DNA of 63,051 nucleotides, the filler included, from Chiloscyllium plagiosum (Eukaryota): the NCBI RefSeq assembly GCF_004010195.1. It is 4 parts of one record of this genome, joined end to end, with 100 filler letters (N's around TTAATTAATTAA, not from the genome) between each part and the next. Parts side by side here need not be neighbours in the genome. Positions count along the whole stretch, not along the records: positions 33,475 to 58,189 come from NC_057714.1; positions 58,290 to 63,051 come from NC_057714.1; 2 more parts are not named here. One strand, 5' to 3'. Below the pieces are notes generated by a model. The model was not told where the DNA came from, did no database searches, and saw nothing but the letters and a program-made list of their open reading frames with translations. This document shows, piece by piece, positions 52,140 to 63,051 of this stretch; the stretch's first letter is position 1, and each line of letters begins with the position of its first letter. The position numbers and the translations under genes are program-made.

Positions 52140-52890
52140 GATAGGTCTTCGAGAACTGAAAACAACAAATGCTGGAGATCACAGCAAGTCAGGCAGCATC
52201 CACAGAGAGAGAGCAAACTAACATTTAGAGTCTAGAAGACTCTCTATCAGAGCTGACATGAAGTGTGGAGAGGGGAGAAAGTGAGGACTGCAGATGCTGG
52301 AGATCAGAGTCGAGAGTGTGGTGCTGGAGTAGCACAGCAGGTCGGGCAGCATCCGAGGAGCAGGAAGATCAATGTTTCGAGCATAAGTTCTTCATCAAGA
52401 ATGAAGTAGAGGAGAAAACATTTATGCAGTAGTGAGGGGGTGGTGGAGAAAAGATGTTAGTAGTTCACATTAAGTGATCAGAATGTGAGAATGGCAGAGC
52501 GATAGTGTATCTAACTGCCAGATTGGCAAGAGCAGACAGTCCCACTGGGGTGGGGGAAGGGGAGGGAGGACATGGGGAGACAGAGTGTAACAAGTAAAGT
52601 TAAAAGGGAAGGAATGGGAGTGGGTTCATAATCTGAAGGTGTAGAACTCAATATTGAGCCCAGAAGGTTGTACAGTGCCCAGTCTGAAGATGAGATGTTC
52701 CTCCAGTTTGCGCTGGGATTCACTGGAACACTGCAGCATGCTGAGGGCAGACACGTGGGCAGGACGATGTGTTAAAATGACCAGCTGCAGGAAAGTCAGG
52801 GTCCTGCTTGCGCACGGACTGGAGGTGTTCATGGTCACTCAGTCTGTTGTTTCTCCAATGTAGAGTCTGCCACATTGGTTGCAGCAAATG
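52140..52890 (-). mobile_element. Penelope-like element 3' relic (ORF C-terminus plus terminus) with a nested younger terminus at about 52275-52400
   Basis: Translation QCSSESQRKLEEHLIFRLGTVQPSGLNIEF is typical of the end of vertebrate Penelope/GIY-YIG ORFs, and is followed by the terminal sequence shared with the palindromic mini-elements. Confidence 0.72.
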
Positions 52891-55800
52891 GAATTGTTCT
52901 TCAGGACGGCCAAAATGGACAGGCTGGGGGGGGGGGGAGCAGGGCTTAGCACTTTGAGGGAATGGGAGTTGGAGGCTACATGAGAGAGAGAAGACTGTGA
53001 GTGATGGCAGGGCTGAAGAAGATTAAAAAGACAGTAAAGGGGAGCAGGGCTGTGGAATCTCTACTGTAAGAAACGGCCAGAAAGGATATGTCTTTAGGAA
53101 AAAGCACAACATAGCACATCGAGCCAAGACGTAGTAAAATTCACTTTGTACTTAAGTTTCTCAGAACCCCTCCTGGAATATGCAGTTAGGTTTGCTACAA
53201 CAGGTCTTTTGAGCCTCTGGAGGTCGTTTCCAACACACAGCATAAAGGCTGCTAAAAAATGTGGCCAAATCTCATCACAGAACAAAGGAAGGGTAACTAT
53301 TACATGGAGGAAAATAACAAACACAGAGAACATTGATATTGCTTCTTCATAGATTAACTGTTAAGTTTAAGAATACATTGAACCATTAGTAATAATTCTT
53401 AGTAACTGACCAAACTGGGTGTCTGCTGGTGCATTAGAACAGTAATAAAATTTCTTCAATACAGAAAGAAACTGTTCAAGAGACTGTGAGCAAATTCGAA
53501 CCACAACATAGAGAGCACCAAACATTTTTGCAGATAGGAACCTCTGAGCTCCAACCATGGCTTATCTGATGACTTCACATTCCCAATAACCTTTCACTCT
53601 CTCACTCCTCAAGGTCGGGGGTCAGCTGATCAGGACCTTCTGATGCTCGAAGATGGCCAGAGGAGAACAGCCCCAAACCCCTCTGCCACAACCAAGAGAG
53701 CCTGGATGGAAAATTCAGCTATGATGTACACATGGAGCCAGACGCAGATGACCATCCGCTCCACAGAGGATCTGGGATTCAGGAAAGCTGGCACTGTGGA
53801 GAGAACAGCAGAACCACCAGACTTCACTGGTTCAGTGCCAGAAAGGCTTCCTCATGCCCACCTGCTTCAAACACTATCATGAGCCGCTTCCAACAGCTGT
53901 TGGGGTTAGGAGCAAGAAACCTTACTGGCCTTTGCAGCCTGAACCAATCTTAAAATGTCTTTGCTAGCGTGGGGATTGAGGTTGATTCATTCAGCTTTCA
54001 GTTCCAGCTCTCCACAGGTTAATCCAACATCAACTCGCCGCTCTAACATTGTGCTGGCACATTAACCAACTCAATCATTTGAGAGTGTATGTGTGTGTAC
54101 GCGTGTGGAGTGGGGATGGGCCAGGGCAAAGACAGCAACGTTTAGCAAACTCAAAGACTAGTGATGATGAGATCCAGGCCTCTGAGAAGCGTTCCAGACC
54201 TGGTCACTAAATTAGAGACTGCATGAGGCCACCACAAAGACCAAGACAAAACCTCACCATAGCAATTCGATGGCACTGCTTATTTTTATTTGTACACAAT
54301 CAGCAAAGCTGACAACAAAGTGGCCTATAAAAAGACTGTTTCCCTGTGCAGGGGGGCAGCATAGATGAGGTTACCATGAGATATGGTACTTTAAAGAAAG
54401 AGTTCAATTTGCGCCACCCTTTCTGTTAACAGGCAGTTTTGGATAATGGAAGCATTGTTTCCCACTGAAACATTTCAATAATTCAGGCCAACTGTCCTTT
54501 GTAATGTTTTCTTTCCACTAAAGGAAAACAGCAAGCTCTATTGTGACTGAATTCCAGGAAAGGGAACATAGGAATACGAGTATGCTACACAGCCCCCTTG
54601 AGTCCTTTGCGCCAAGGGCAAAAATAGTCAGGGCACATCCTGATTCCTCCAGCAGCTTTAACTGGGAGGTCTCTGGTTGGCAAGCTGCCATCTAAAGGAC
54701 AGCAGGAAGAATGGCCAATTCTCTAGCAAAGCCTAGCCACCACTCTTTCCATTAATGTTCTTTATTATACAACAGCAAACAGCCCAACTGATGCCATAGT
54801 TTGCCAGGAGCTGACCAGGGCTCTGGGTAGAGTTATAGAACAGGTCCATAATTCTTTGAACATTGCATCAGGATGATTAAGAAGGCATTGAGAACACTTG
54901 CCTTCATTGCTCAGTCCTTTGATCTCAGACTTGGGAAGTCACGTTACGGTTGTACAGGATGTTGGTGAGGCCATTTCTGGAGTACTGTGTACAGTTCTGG
55001 TCTCCCCTGTTACAGGAAAGTATTATTAAACTGGAGAGGGTTCAGAATAGAGTTACCAGGATGTTGCCAGGATTGAAGGTTTTGAGCTATTAGGAAGGAG
55101 AGGCTGGATAGGCTGGGAACCTTTTTCACAGGAGCATAAGAAGTTGAGGGGTGATCTTATAGAGGTTTATAAAATCATAAAGGTATTGATAAGGTGAATT
55201 GCAGCTGTCTTTTCCCTAAGGTGGGGGATTTTGAAACTAGGGGACATATTTTTAAGGTGAGAAGAGAAAGATTTTTTAAAAAGGGTCAATTTTTTTGTAC
55301 AGAGTGGTTGATGTGTGGAATGAACTTCCAGAGGAAGTGATAGATGCTGTTACAATGTTTAAAAGACATTTAGATAAGTACATGAATAAGAAATGTTTGT
55401 ATGGATATGGGCAGGAAGGTGGGACTAGTTTAATTTGGGGTTATGGTTAGCATGGACTAGTTGGACCGAAGGGTCTGTTTCCATGCTGTATGACCATCTC
55501 CTGACCTTGTGATCATTTTCCATGGTTCCTCTTGCAGGAATTTCCCACCAACATGTAAATTTCGCCCTCATGTTCATCTGGCCTCCCTATGATCAACCAA
55601 AACAGTGCAGGTAAAAATTTTCTTTGTTAATGCTGATGACTCCAGGTTGCTCTGCAAATTCCACCTCAGGTTCACCATTCTTCAACGGAAGGAAAAATGT
55701 AAATCTTATGTTTAAAAACTTTGTTTGAAACACTGGAAAGCCACAGCAAGAGGCTAGAGCAATATTTCTGGACAAGACAGGTCTGAAATACAGCTGCTAT

Positions 55801-56179
55801 TTCCTCATAGGGATTTTCTGGGTTCCTGATTTAGCTAGGAATCATTAAGGAACTATGCAACAGAGGAGACAAATGGGCACATTTCATTTTGGGGGGCAAG
55901 TGAGCACTGCAGGTGCTGGAGATCAGAGTCGAAGAATGTGACGCTGGGAAAGCACAGCAGGTCAGGCCTCATCTGAGGAGCAGGAGTATCAACATTGATT
56001 GTCTTGCTCCTCAGATGCTGCCTGACCGGCTGTGCTTTTCCAGCACCACACTCCTCGACACATTTCATTTTTGCCCTCGTCTGCTCCTAATTCCCTTAAC
56101 CTTGCAATTATTACCCTTTGACTACATGAGATTCACACATTCTGTTTTTCTGAATTGTCATAGTGTCAAAATAAAGACC

Positions 56180-56810
56180 ATACTGAGGAGGCCACACCCC
56201 TATCTACATCAGTGGAGCTGAGCTGGAGAGGGTCAAGAGTGCCAAGTTTCTAGGAGTGATGATCACTAACAATCTGTCCTGGTCCACCCACGTTGATGCA
56301 ATGATCAAGAAGGCACAACAACACCAATCCTTCCTCAGGAGGCTAAGGAAATTCGGCAAATAACACTCACCAACTTTTGGAGATGCAAGTATTCTATCTG
56401 GATGCATCATGGCATGGTAAGGCAACTGCTCTGCCCAGGACCATAAGAAACTACTGAAAGTTGTGAACACAGCCCAGTCCAACACGCAAGGCAACCTTCC
56501 ATCCATTGACTCCATCTACTCTTCCCACTGCCTCAGAAAGCCAACATCATCAAAAACCCCTCCCACCCCAGTTATAAACTCTTCCAACCTCTTGGGTAGA
56601 GGATACAAAAGTTTAAACACACATACCGACAGGCTCCAGAACAGCATCTTTCCCGTTGTTAGACTTCTGAATGGACTCTCAAAATTCAAATCTAATGTTG
56701 ATCTTGCTTTTTCTGCAATTTTGTGTAGCTTTGTATTCCTCACTCTATGATCTTTGTATGACTTGCCTGTACTGCACGCAGAATAAAACTTTTCACTGAC
56801 AATACATTTG
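56180..56810 (+). mobile_element. Rex1/Babar-like LINE 3' fragment
   Basis: Homologous to 4590-5160 and 48400-48900 (KFLGV.I..NLSW..H motif). Confidence 0.8.
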
Positions 56811-56929
56811 CATTGCCATAACCCCTTAGTTATCAAAGTATTCCCTCCTTGGCTGTGCTTCAGTGGTATCTACCAGCATTCTGGCAGGCAGGTTTGCTAC
56901 TGCAACACAGCTACGTTTAAATTAAGTAG

Positions 56930-58189
56930 CGGGGGGGAGGGGACAAACTGGATGTTTAAGAAGGAAATTGAAGGGAAAGTTAGAACAAGGGAAATCAAGA
57001 AAGACAACTGTATCAATGAAGCAGAAAACTTAAAAAGGGATCATGCTGTAAGGTTGAGTGAAATAGGAGTTGATGGGAAGGGTGAGGGCAGTAACAAATT
57101 AAAAATACTATAAATGAATGCACGAAGCATTAGAAATAAGATGGATGAGCTTGAGGCTCCTTTGGAAATTGGCAGATACGATATTGTGGGGATAACTGAG
57201 ACGTGGCTTCAAGTGGACAGGGCCTGGGAAATGAATATTCAACGAGGTAAAAACAATGACTGCAGATGAATATTCAAGGCTACACGTGCTATCGTAAGGA
57301 CAGACTGACGGGCAGAGGGGGTGGGGTGGCCATGTTGGTAAGGGATGATATTCAGTCCCTTGCGCGGGGGGACCTAGAATCAGGGAATGTAGAGTAAGTA
57401 TGGATAGAGAAATTCTAAGGGTAAAAAGACCCTCTTGGGAGTTATCTACAGGCCCCCAAACAGTAGTCTGGATGTCGGATGTAAGTTAAATCAGGAGCTG
57501 AAATTGGCCTGTCACAAAGATGTCACTACAGTTTTTATGGGGGATTTTAACATGCAGGTAGACTGGGAGAATCAGGATGGTATTGGGCCTCAAGAAAGAG
57601 ACTTTGTGGAGTGCCTCCGAGATGGATTCTTAGAACAGCTGGTGCTGGAGACTTCAATATGCAGGTGGTCTGGGTAAATAATGTTGTTAGTGGATCTAAA
57701 GAAAGGGAATTCATGGAATGCTTACAGGATGGCTTTTTGGAACAGCTTGTCATGGAGCCCACAAGAGAGCAGGCTATTCTGGACCTAGTGCTTTGCAATG
57801 AACCAGACTCTATAAAAGATCTTAAAGTAAGGGAACACTTAGGAAGTAGCGACCATAATATGATAGAGTTCAGTCTGCAGTTTGAAAGGGAGAAGGCAAA
57901 ATCGGATGTAATGGTGTTACAGTTGAATAAAGGTAATTATGAGGGCATGAGAGAGGAACTGACTAAAATAAACTGGAACCAGAGGCTAACCGGGAAGACA
58001 GTAGAGCAAAAATGGCAGGAGTTTGTAGGTATAATTGAGGACACTGTACAGAGATTCATTCCCAAGAAAAGAAAGATTAACCAGGGAGGGATTAGACAAC
58101 CTTGGCTGACAAAGGAAGTCAGGAAATGTATTAAAGAAAAAGAGAGATCCTATAAAGTGGCTAAGAACAGTGGGAAAGCAGAAGATTGG
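56930..58189 (+). mobile_element. CR1-type LINE ORF2 apurinic-endonuclease region (chimeric, truncated by a gap)
   Basis: NARSI.NK, IVGITETWL, YRPPNS, GDFN, LDLVL and SDHN endonuclease motifs. Confidence 0.9.
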
Positions 58190-58289
58190 NNNNNNNNNNN
58201 NNNNNNNNNNNNNNNNNNNNNNNNNNNNNNNNNTTAATTAATTAANNNNNNNNNNNNNNNNNNNNNNNNNNNNNNNNNNNNNNNNNNNN
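58190..58289. other. Artificial 100-nt assembly spacer (N44-TTAATTAATTAA-N44); the same spacer occurs at 20652-20751 and 33375-33474
   Basis: An identical palindromic 12-mer giving stops in all six frames is centred in three 100-nt gaps. Confidence 0.95.
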
Positions 58290-58430
58290 TGTTGGTGAAT
58301 GGATGAACTGTTCAACCTCCTCGTGGGAGCACGAGGCGGCGCCGATACAGTCATCAATGTAGCGGAGGAATAGGTGGGGGGTGGGGCCAGTGTAGTTGCG
58401 GAAGATGGACTGTTCCACATGTCCTACGAG
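58290..58430 (-). mobile_element. Penelope-like reverse transcriptase fragment
   Basis: Hand translation LVGHVEQSIFRNYTGPTPHLFLRYIDDCIGAASCSHEEVEQFI contains the RYIDD catalytic motif. Confidence 0.8.
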
Positions 58431-58847
58431 ATCCTACAATATGATTACAATATTGTTGGAATGTGGGTGATGCACTTATGTCCATAGGACCATAAGATAA
58501 AGGAACGGGAAAAGGCCATTCAGCCCCTCAAGCCTGCTCCACCATTCATGGTTGATCGGACATTCCTCATGTCCCCCTCTCTTGCTGTTTCCCCTTGATG
58601 TCCTGATTCATCTATTTATCTCGCCTTGAGAAGGTGGGGGTGAGCTGCCTTCTTGAACCGCTGCAGTCCCCCTGCCCTGAGGGAGGGAATTCCAAGATTC
58701 TAACCCAGTGACAGTGAAGGGACAGTGATATATTTCCAAGTCAGGATGGTGAGTGACTGGGAGGAGGAACATACAGGGGGAGGGTGGTTATCCCATGTAT
58801 CTGCTGTCCTTCTCACTGATGACACTCCCACTCTCTCTCTGCCCCAG

Positions 58848-59003
58848 GCATATGCTTCATTGGCTGCGAGAGATGAAGAAATCCGTCTGATCCAGCGCGG
58901 GGAGATGAGAGGCCGGAAAAAACCTCCACGTACAAAGGAAATCCTAGAGGAAGGCTTCCGGAAATACATGCAGCTCTTGTATGCTGAGCCTCTTCACATA
59001 GAG
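58848..59003 (+). CDS. wdr97: Internal coding exon, WD repeat-containing protein 97-like (AYASLAARDEEIRLIQRGEMRGRKKPPRTKEILEEGFRKYMQLLYAEPLHIE)
   Basis: ctctctctctgccccag acceptor and GAG|gtcagt donor; 156 nt, phase 0/0, open frame, non-repeat and CpG-retaining. Aligns without gaps to my recollection of the human WDR97 segment ARD.DLQQLRLG.......PP.......EGFDNYLRLIY. The gene name is from memory and needs BLAST. Confidence 0.7.
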
Positions 59004-60617
59004 GTCAGTACCAGATCACAATCCCACTCACCCCATGCGTATCTCTATACCTGAGTCTCTCTCTCTCTCTCTGTTTCTCTATGTCTGTGTCTCTTCTTAT
59101 GTGTATCTATCTCTATACCATATTTGGAGGAGCCAGTGTTGGACTGGGGTGGACAAAGTTCAAAATCACACACCCCCAGGTTATAGTCCAACAGGTTTAA
59201 TTAGAAGCATTAGCTTTCAGAGCACTGCTCCTTCGTCAGGTGGTTGTAGAGCACAAGACACAGAATTTATTGCAAAAGATTATAGGAAATGATATATTGA
59301 ACAAACCTGGATTGTTAAGTCTTTCTTTTAGAATGGATTGCAGGTTGTGGTTCATTAATATGTAAATCCCAGAGCTTCTTTTAAGTCACCTTCTTGAGAT
59401 AACTTAAGGTTTTATAACAAAAGGTAACATCTCAGCTCAGACAATGCATCAAAGGTGTGAGGTCAGAGTCAGTCTGCAACCCAATCTTGAGCCAGACTGG
59501 TTCTATTTCCAAAGTGGAATTTACAAAATATTACATGGATTGACTGCCTGCAGATTGTGCATTTTTTCAGCAAAATAGAATGTATCTGCAAATATAATTC
59601 TGCAAGTACAAATTCACCGGATAGACTTACGTGTGTGTATGCGTGCATGAGAGAGAGAAAGAGAGGACTAGTTTGTTATAAAGGATTATAAAGGACTTGT
59701 TATGAAGGACTAGTTTGGTTTGGGAACATGGACAATGGACAATCTTTGGATCTTAAGAGTTTGTTTCCATGCTGTACGACTGTATCTCTCTTGCATGTAT
59801 CTCTCTGCCTGAGAGTCTCTTGCTCTGTCTCTCTCTTTATGTACATAAAGAACAAAGAACATTACAGCACAAAAACAGGCCTTTTGGCCCTCCAAGTCTG
59901 TGCCGAACCAGCTCCTCTGTTTTCGCCTACTTTCTAAGGATCTGTATCCCTCTGCTTCCTGCCCATTCGTCTATCCCCTCCCTACCACCTCTGCTCCCTG
60001 TATCTTTCCTTGTGTGTATCTCTCTGTCAGTCTCTCTCTCTCTGTATCTATGTCTCTCTGTGCGAATGTCTGTGACATCTTTCACTTATTTCCTATTGTG
60101 CCCGAACTAATTCTGCGTTTCGATCGTCTGACCACAATCATTCCCCAGTATTGATATCTAACACAATCCCCCACACACATTATTTCTACAATCCTAATTA
60201 AATTAACTGTCCATCACCAGCATGATTCAGTTGAAGATTAATCCAATGGTACAGCCTCCACTTTCCCCAATACTGATGCCACTTCCCCAGAATTTGAAAC
60301 CTTTTCTCCCACAGCAATCTTTAACCTTAATTGCCCTTGTACCAATTCATATGCAACTTGGGAAATAATCCAGAGATTAGAACCTTTTTGGTTCTGGTTT
60401 TTAATTTACCCCTTAGCTGTTCATACGCACCAGCAACTCACCAAGGCTTCTTCAGGCAGTACTTTCCAAACCCCTGATATCTACCATTGAGAAGGACAAG
60501 GGAATAGATACATGGGGACACCACCCCCTGCAAGTTCCCCTCCAAGCCTGTGCAATGTGACTGCCTCCTGGAACAAAGTGTACAGACATCCAGGATTTAT
60601 GAAAGATAAATAAACTG

Positions 60618-60952
60618 AGGGCAGCACGGTGGCTCAGTGGTTAGCACCGCTGCCTCACAGCGCCAGGGACCCGGGTTTGATCCCAGCCTCAGGCGACAGT
60701 CTGTGTGGAGTTTGCACATTCTCCCCGTGTCTGCGTGGGTTTCCTCCCACAGTTCAAAGATGTGCAGGGTGAATTGGCCATGCTAAATTGCCCGTAGCGT
60801 CCAGGGGTGTGTAGGTTAGGTGCATAAGTCAAGGGTAAATGTAGAGTATTTGGGTAGGGGAATGGGTTTGGGCGGGTTAGTCTTTCGAGGGTCGGTGTGG
60901 ACTGTTGGGCCGAAGGGCCTGTTTCCACACAGGAGGGATTCTGTGATTCTAT
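60618..60952 (+). mobile_element. HE1-type V-SINE in the intron between the two + strand exons
   Basis: Full head-to-tail HE1 sequence. Confidence 0.87.
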
Positions 60953-61279
60953 GTTTCCAGTTTCTGACATGTCAGTAAAAAAAAGGGACATAAGTTTTAG
61001 ACTTTTGGAAAAAAGAATCAGAGATTTGATGAGCGTAACACAATGCCTCACTGGTGGGAAAATCAGATTCAATCAGAATGCTTAAAAGGGGTTTGGAAAA
61101 TGCTTGAAAAGGGGAAACAAAATACAGGGCTGGGGATAAAGTGAGTGTGGGAAGTGGGATTGATTGGACAGTTCAATGCAGACACGATGGGTTGATTGGC
61201 CCCAGTTTTGTACTGTACAGTTCTGCCATGTTAACCCGCAGACCTGTTACAGAGGCAGAGGGGTGGCTATGGGCCATGG

Positions 61280-61500
61280 GAGGTCAGTGTGGCTGGTTTT
61301 TGTGATGTGCAGCGATGCCAACGGCCTGGGTTCAATTCCCACCCTGACTGAGGTCACAGTAAAGGACTCTCCTTCTCAACCTCTCCCCTCACCTGAGGCA
61401 TATTGACCCTCAGGTTAAACCAAACTGCCCCCACTCCCAATCCCCCCCCCAACCGTCTCTCTGTCTAAATGGCACAATGGTCTAGTAAGATTATGGTGAC
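61280..61500 (+). mobile_element. tRNA-derived SINE (ggactctccttctcaacctctcccctcacctgagg family)
   Basis: B-box-like gggttcaattccc. A reverse-strand copy lies at about 17150-17258. Confidence 0.6.
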
Positions 61501-61984
61501 GTTCCCAGTGATCAGACTGGGAGGAAGGGGTAAGGATTCAGACTCTGTGTCCCAGCCAGTGATTGGAAGAGAGCGATGGGGTCCACAAGATGTAGGAGCA
61601 TGAGGCCATTCAGCCCATTGAGTCTGCTCCTCCACTCAACGAGAACATGGCTGGACTGATCATCCACACTCTTGCCTTTCCCCCATAACCCTCAATTAAA
61701 TTTTTGTCTGTTTCAGCCTTGAGCATACTTAGCTTCAACAGCCCCCTCTAGTATGATTCCCTCCCCTCTGAGCAAAGAAGTTTCTCCTCCTTTCTGTCTT
61801 AAGCAGCGGCCCTTATTCTGAGACTGTGTCCCTCTGGTCCTAGACTGTCCCGCGAAGGGAAACTCTCCGCATCTCCCTGTCAAGCCCGCCCCAAGATTAT
61901 TGCATCATTTGGGAATTTTAACGTTTCTTGAGCCCAGAGCCAATCAGCACCTTCTCCTGACTGCTCCTCATGTTGTTCTGTAAG

Positions 61985-62140
61985 ATCCCTGAGATTCCGA
62001 TTTACGATCCGAATGAGCAGCAGGTGGACGTGACCAGTCTCCTGGATCGACCCCATCGATGTAAGAATATCGTCAGAGGATTCTTCCCACCATTGGCACT
62101 GCCGGAACCATGGTGTGAAATCACAGAGAACGAGAAACGA
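61985..62140 (+). CDS. Internal coding exon, probably the next exon of the same WDR97-like gene (IPEIPIYDPNEQQVDVTSLLDRPHRCKNIVRGFFPPLALPEPWCEITENEKR)
   Basis: tgttgttctgtaag acceptor and CGA|gtgagt donor; 156 nt, phase 0/0, so it splices in frame with 58848-59003. CpG-retaining unique sequence. Assignment to the same gene is inferred from strand, phase and proximity. Confidence 0.65.
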
Positions 62141-62219
62141 GTGAGTACTGTTGGAAAACGATACAGGATTTCACATCACACAGCCACTCTGAAAGAGAAT
62201 AAACCTATTGCAAACACTC

Positions 62220-62376
62220 CCTGAAGGGAGCACCGCTCTGTCGGAGAGTCAGTGCTGAGGGAGTGCTGCTCTGTCGGAGAGTCAGTGCTGAGGGATCACC
62301 GCACTGTCGGAGGGTCAGTGCTGAGGGAGTGCCGCACTGTCAGAGGGTCAGTGCTGAGGGAGCGCCGCACTGTCGG
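62220..62376. repeat. Same 33-bp minisatellite family, opposite orientation (about 4.5 units)
   Basis: agggagtgccgcactgtcggagggtcagtgctg is the reverse complement of the 35.6-36.8 kb unit. Confidence 0.9.
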
Positions 62377-63051
62377 GCAATAGAGTATATGCTGAGTAGC
62401 TGATGATTATTTTTCTGTTGCACAGGCAAGGGGCATGTCGAGNNNNNNNNNNNNNNNNNNNNNNNNNNNNNNNNNNNNNNNNNNNNNNNNNNNNNNNNNN
62501 NNNNNNNNNNNNNNNNNNNNNNNNNNNNNNNNNNNNNNNNNNNNNNNNNNNNNNNNNNNNNNNNNNNNNNNNNNNNNNNNNNNNNNNNNNNNNNNNNNNN
62601 NNNNNNNNNNNNNNNNNNNNNNNNNNNNNNNNNNNNNNNNNNNNNNNNNNNNNNNNNNNNNNNNNNNNNNNNNNNNNNNNNNNNNNNNNNNNNNNNNNNN
62701 NNNNNNNNNNNNNNNNNNNNNNNNNNNNNNNNNNNNNNNNNNNNNNNNNNNNNNNNNNNNNNNNNNNNNNNNNNNNNNNNNNNNNNNNNNNNNNNNNNNN
62801 NNNNNNNNNNNNNNNNNNNNNNNNNNNNNNNNNNNNNNNNNNNNNNNNNNNNNNNNNNNNNNNNNNNNNNNNNNNNNNNNNNNNNNNNNNNNNNNNNNNN
62901 NNNNNNNNNNNNNNNNNNNNNNNNNNNNNNNNNNNNNNNNNNAATAAGGCAGGGCAGGTGACTGAGGTGTCAGTGGGGGAGCACTTTGGGGCCAGCGACC
63001 ATAATTCTATTAGATTTAAAATAGTGATGGAAAAGGATAGACCAGATCTAA

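Noticed and set aside
53630..53827. - strand ORF containing FLNP...C...VYIIAE as a candidate for the missing aqp1 exon 1
   Set aside because: It has no NPA and no SGAH or AEF motifs, the spacing is wrong and it is too short; the resemblance is most likely chance.
55538..55610. Exon-like 73-nt segment (cttgcag ... CAG|gtaaaa)
   Set aside because: The only open frame is phase 1/2, incompatible with the phase-0 exon at 58848, and the peptide is unrecognisable.
60618..60690. tRNA-like sequences with A and B boxes
   Set aside because: These are SINE heads that continue into SINE bodies, not tRNA genes.

Overview
This is repeat-dense vertebrate genomic DNA from a draft assembly with 8 N-gaps. The repeat families (HE1-type V-SINEs, HER1/CR1 LINEs, Deu-domain SINE relics) point to a shark or other cartilaginous fish. 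Two host genes are supported. (1) Exons 2-4 of an aquaporin-1 gene lie on the - strand (35283-35447, 35073-35153, 32108-32287); exon 1 is not visible. (2) Two 156-nt phase-0 exons lie on the + strand (58848-59003, 61985-62140); the first resembles WDR97. Almost everything else is retroelement debris (CR1/HER1, Rex1/Babar, Tx1, Penelope-like, several SINE families) and mini/microsatellites, so most listed ORFs are spurious. I found no convincing novel protein-coding system. The most interesting signals are: many palindromic Penelope-derived mini-elements with hammerhead-ribozyme core motifs and 11-15 bp target-site duplications; minisatellites born from SINE internal segments; a CpG-rich segment near 30.2-30.4 kb with three perfect stems and a possible kissing-loop pairing; and two divergent genes that both lack their 5' ends. 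Family and gene names rest on recalled sequence knowledge, not database searches.
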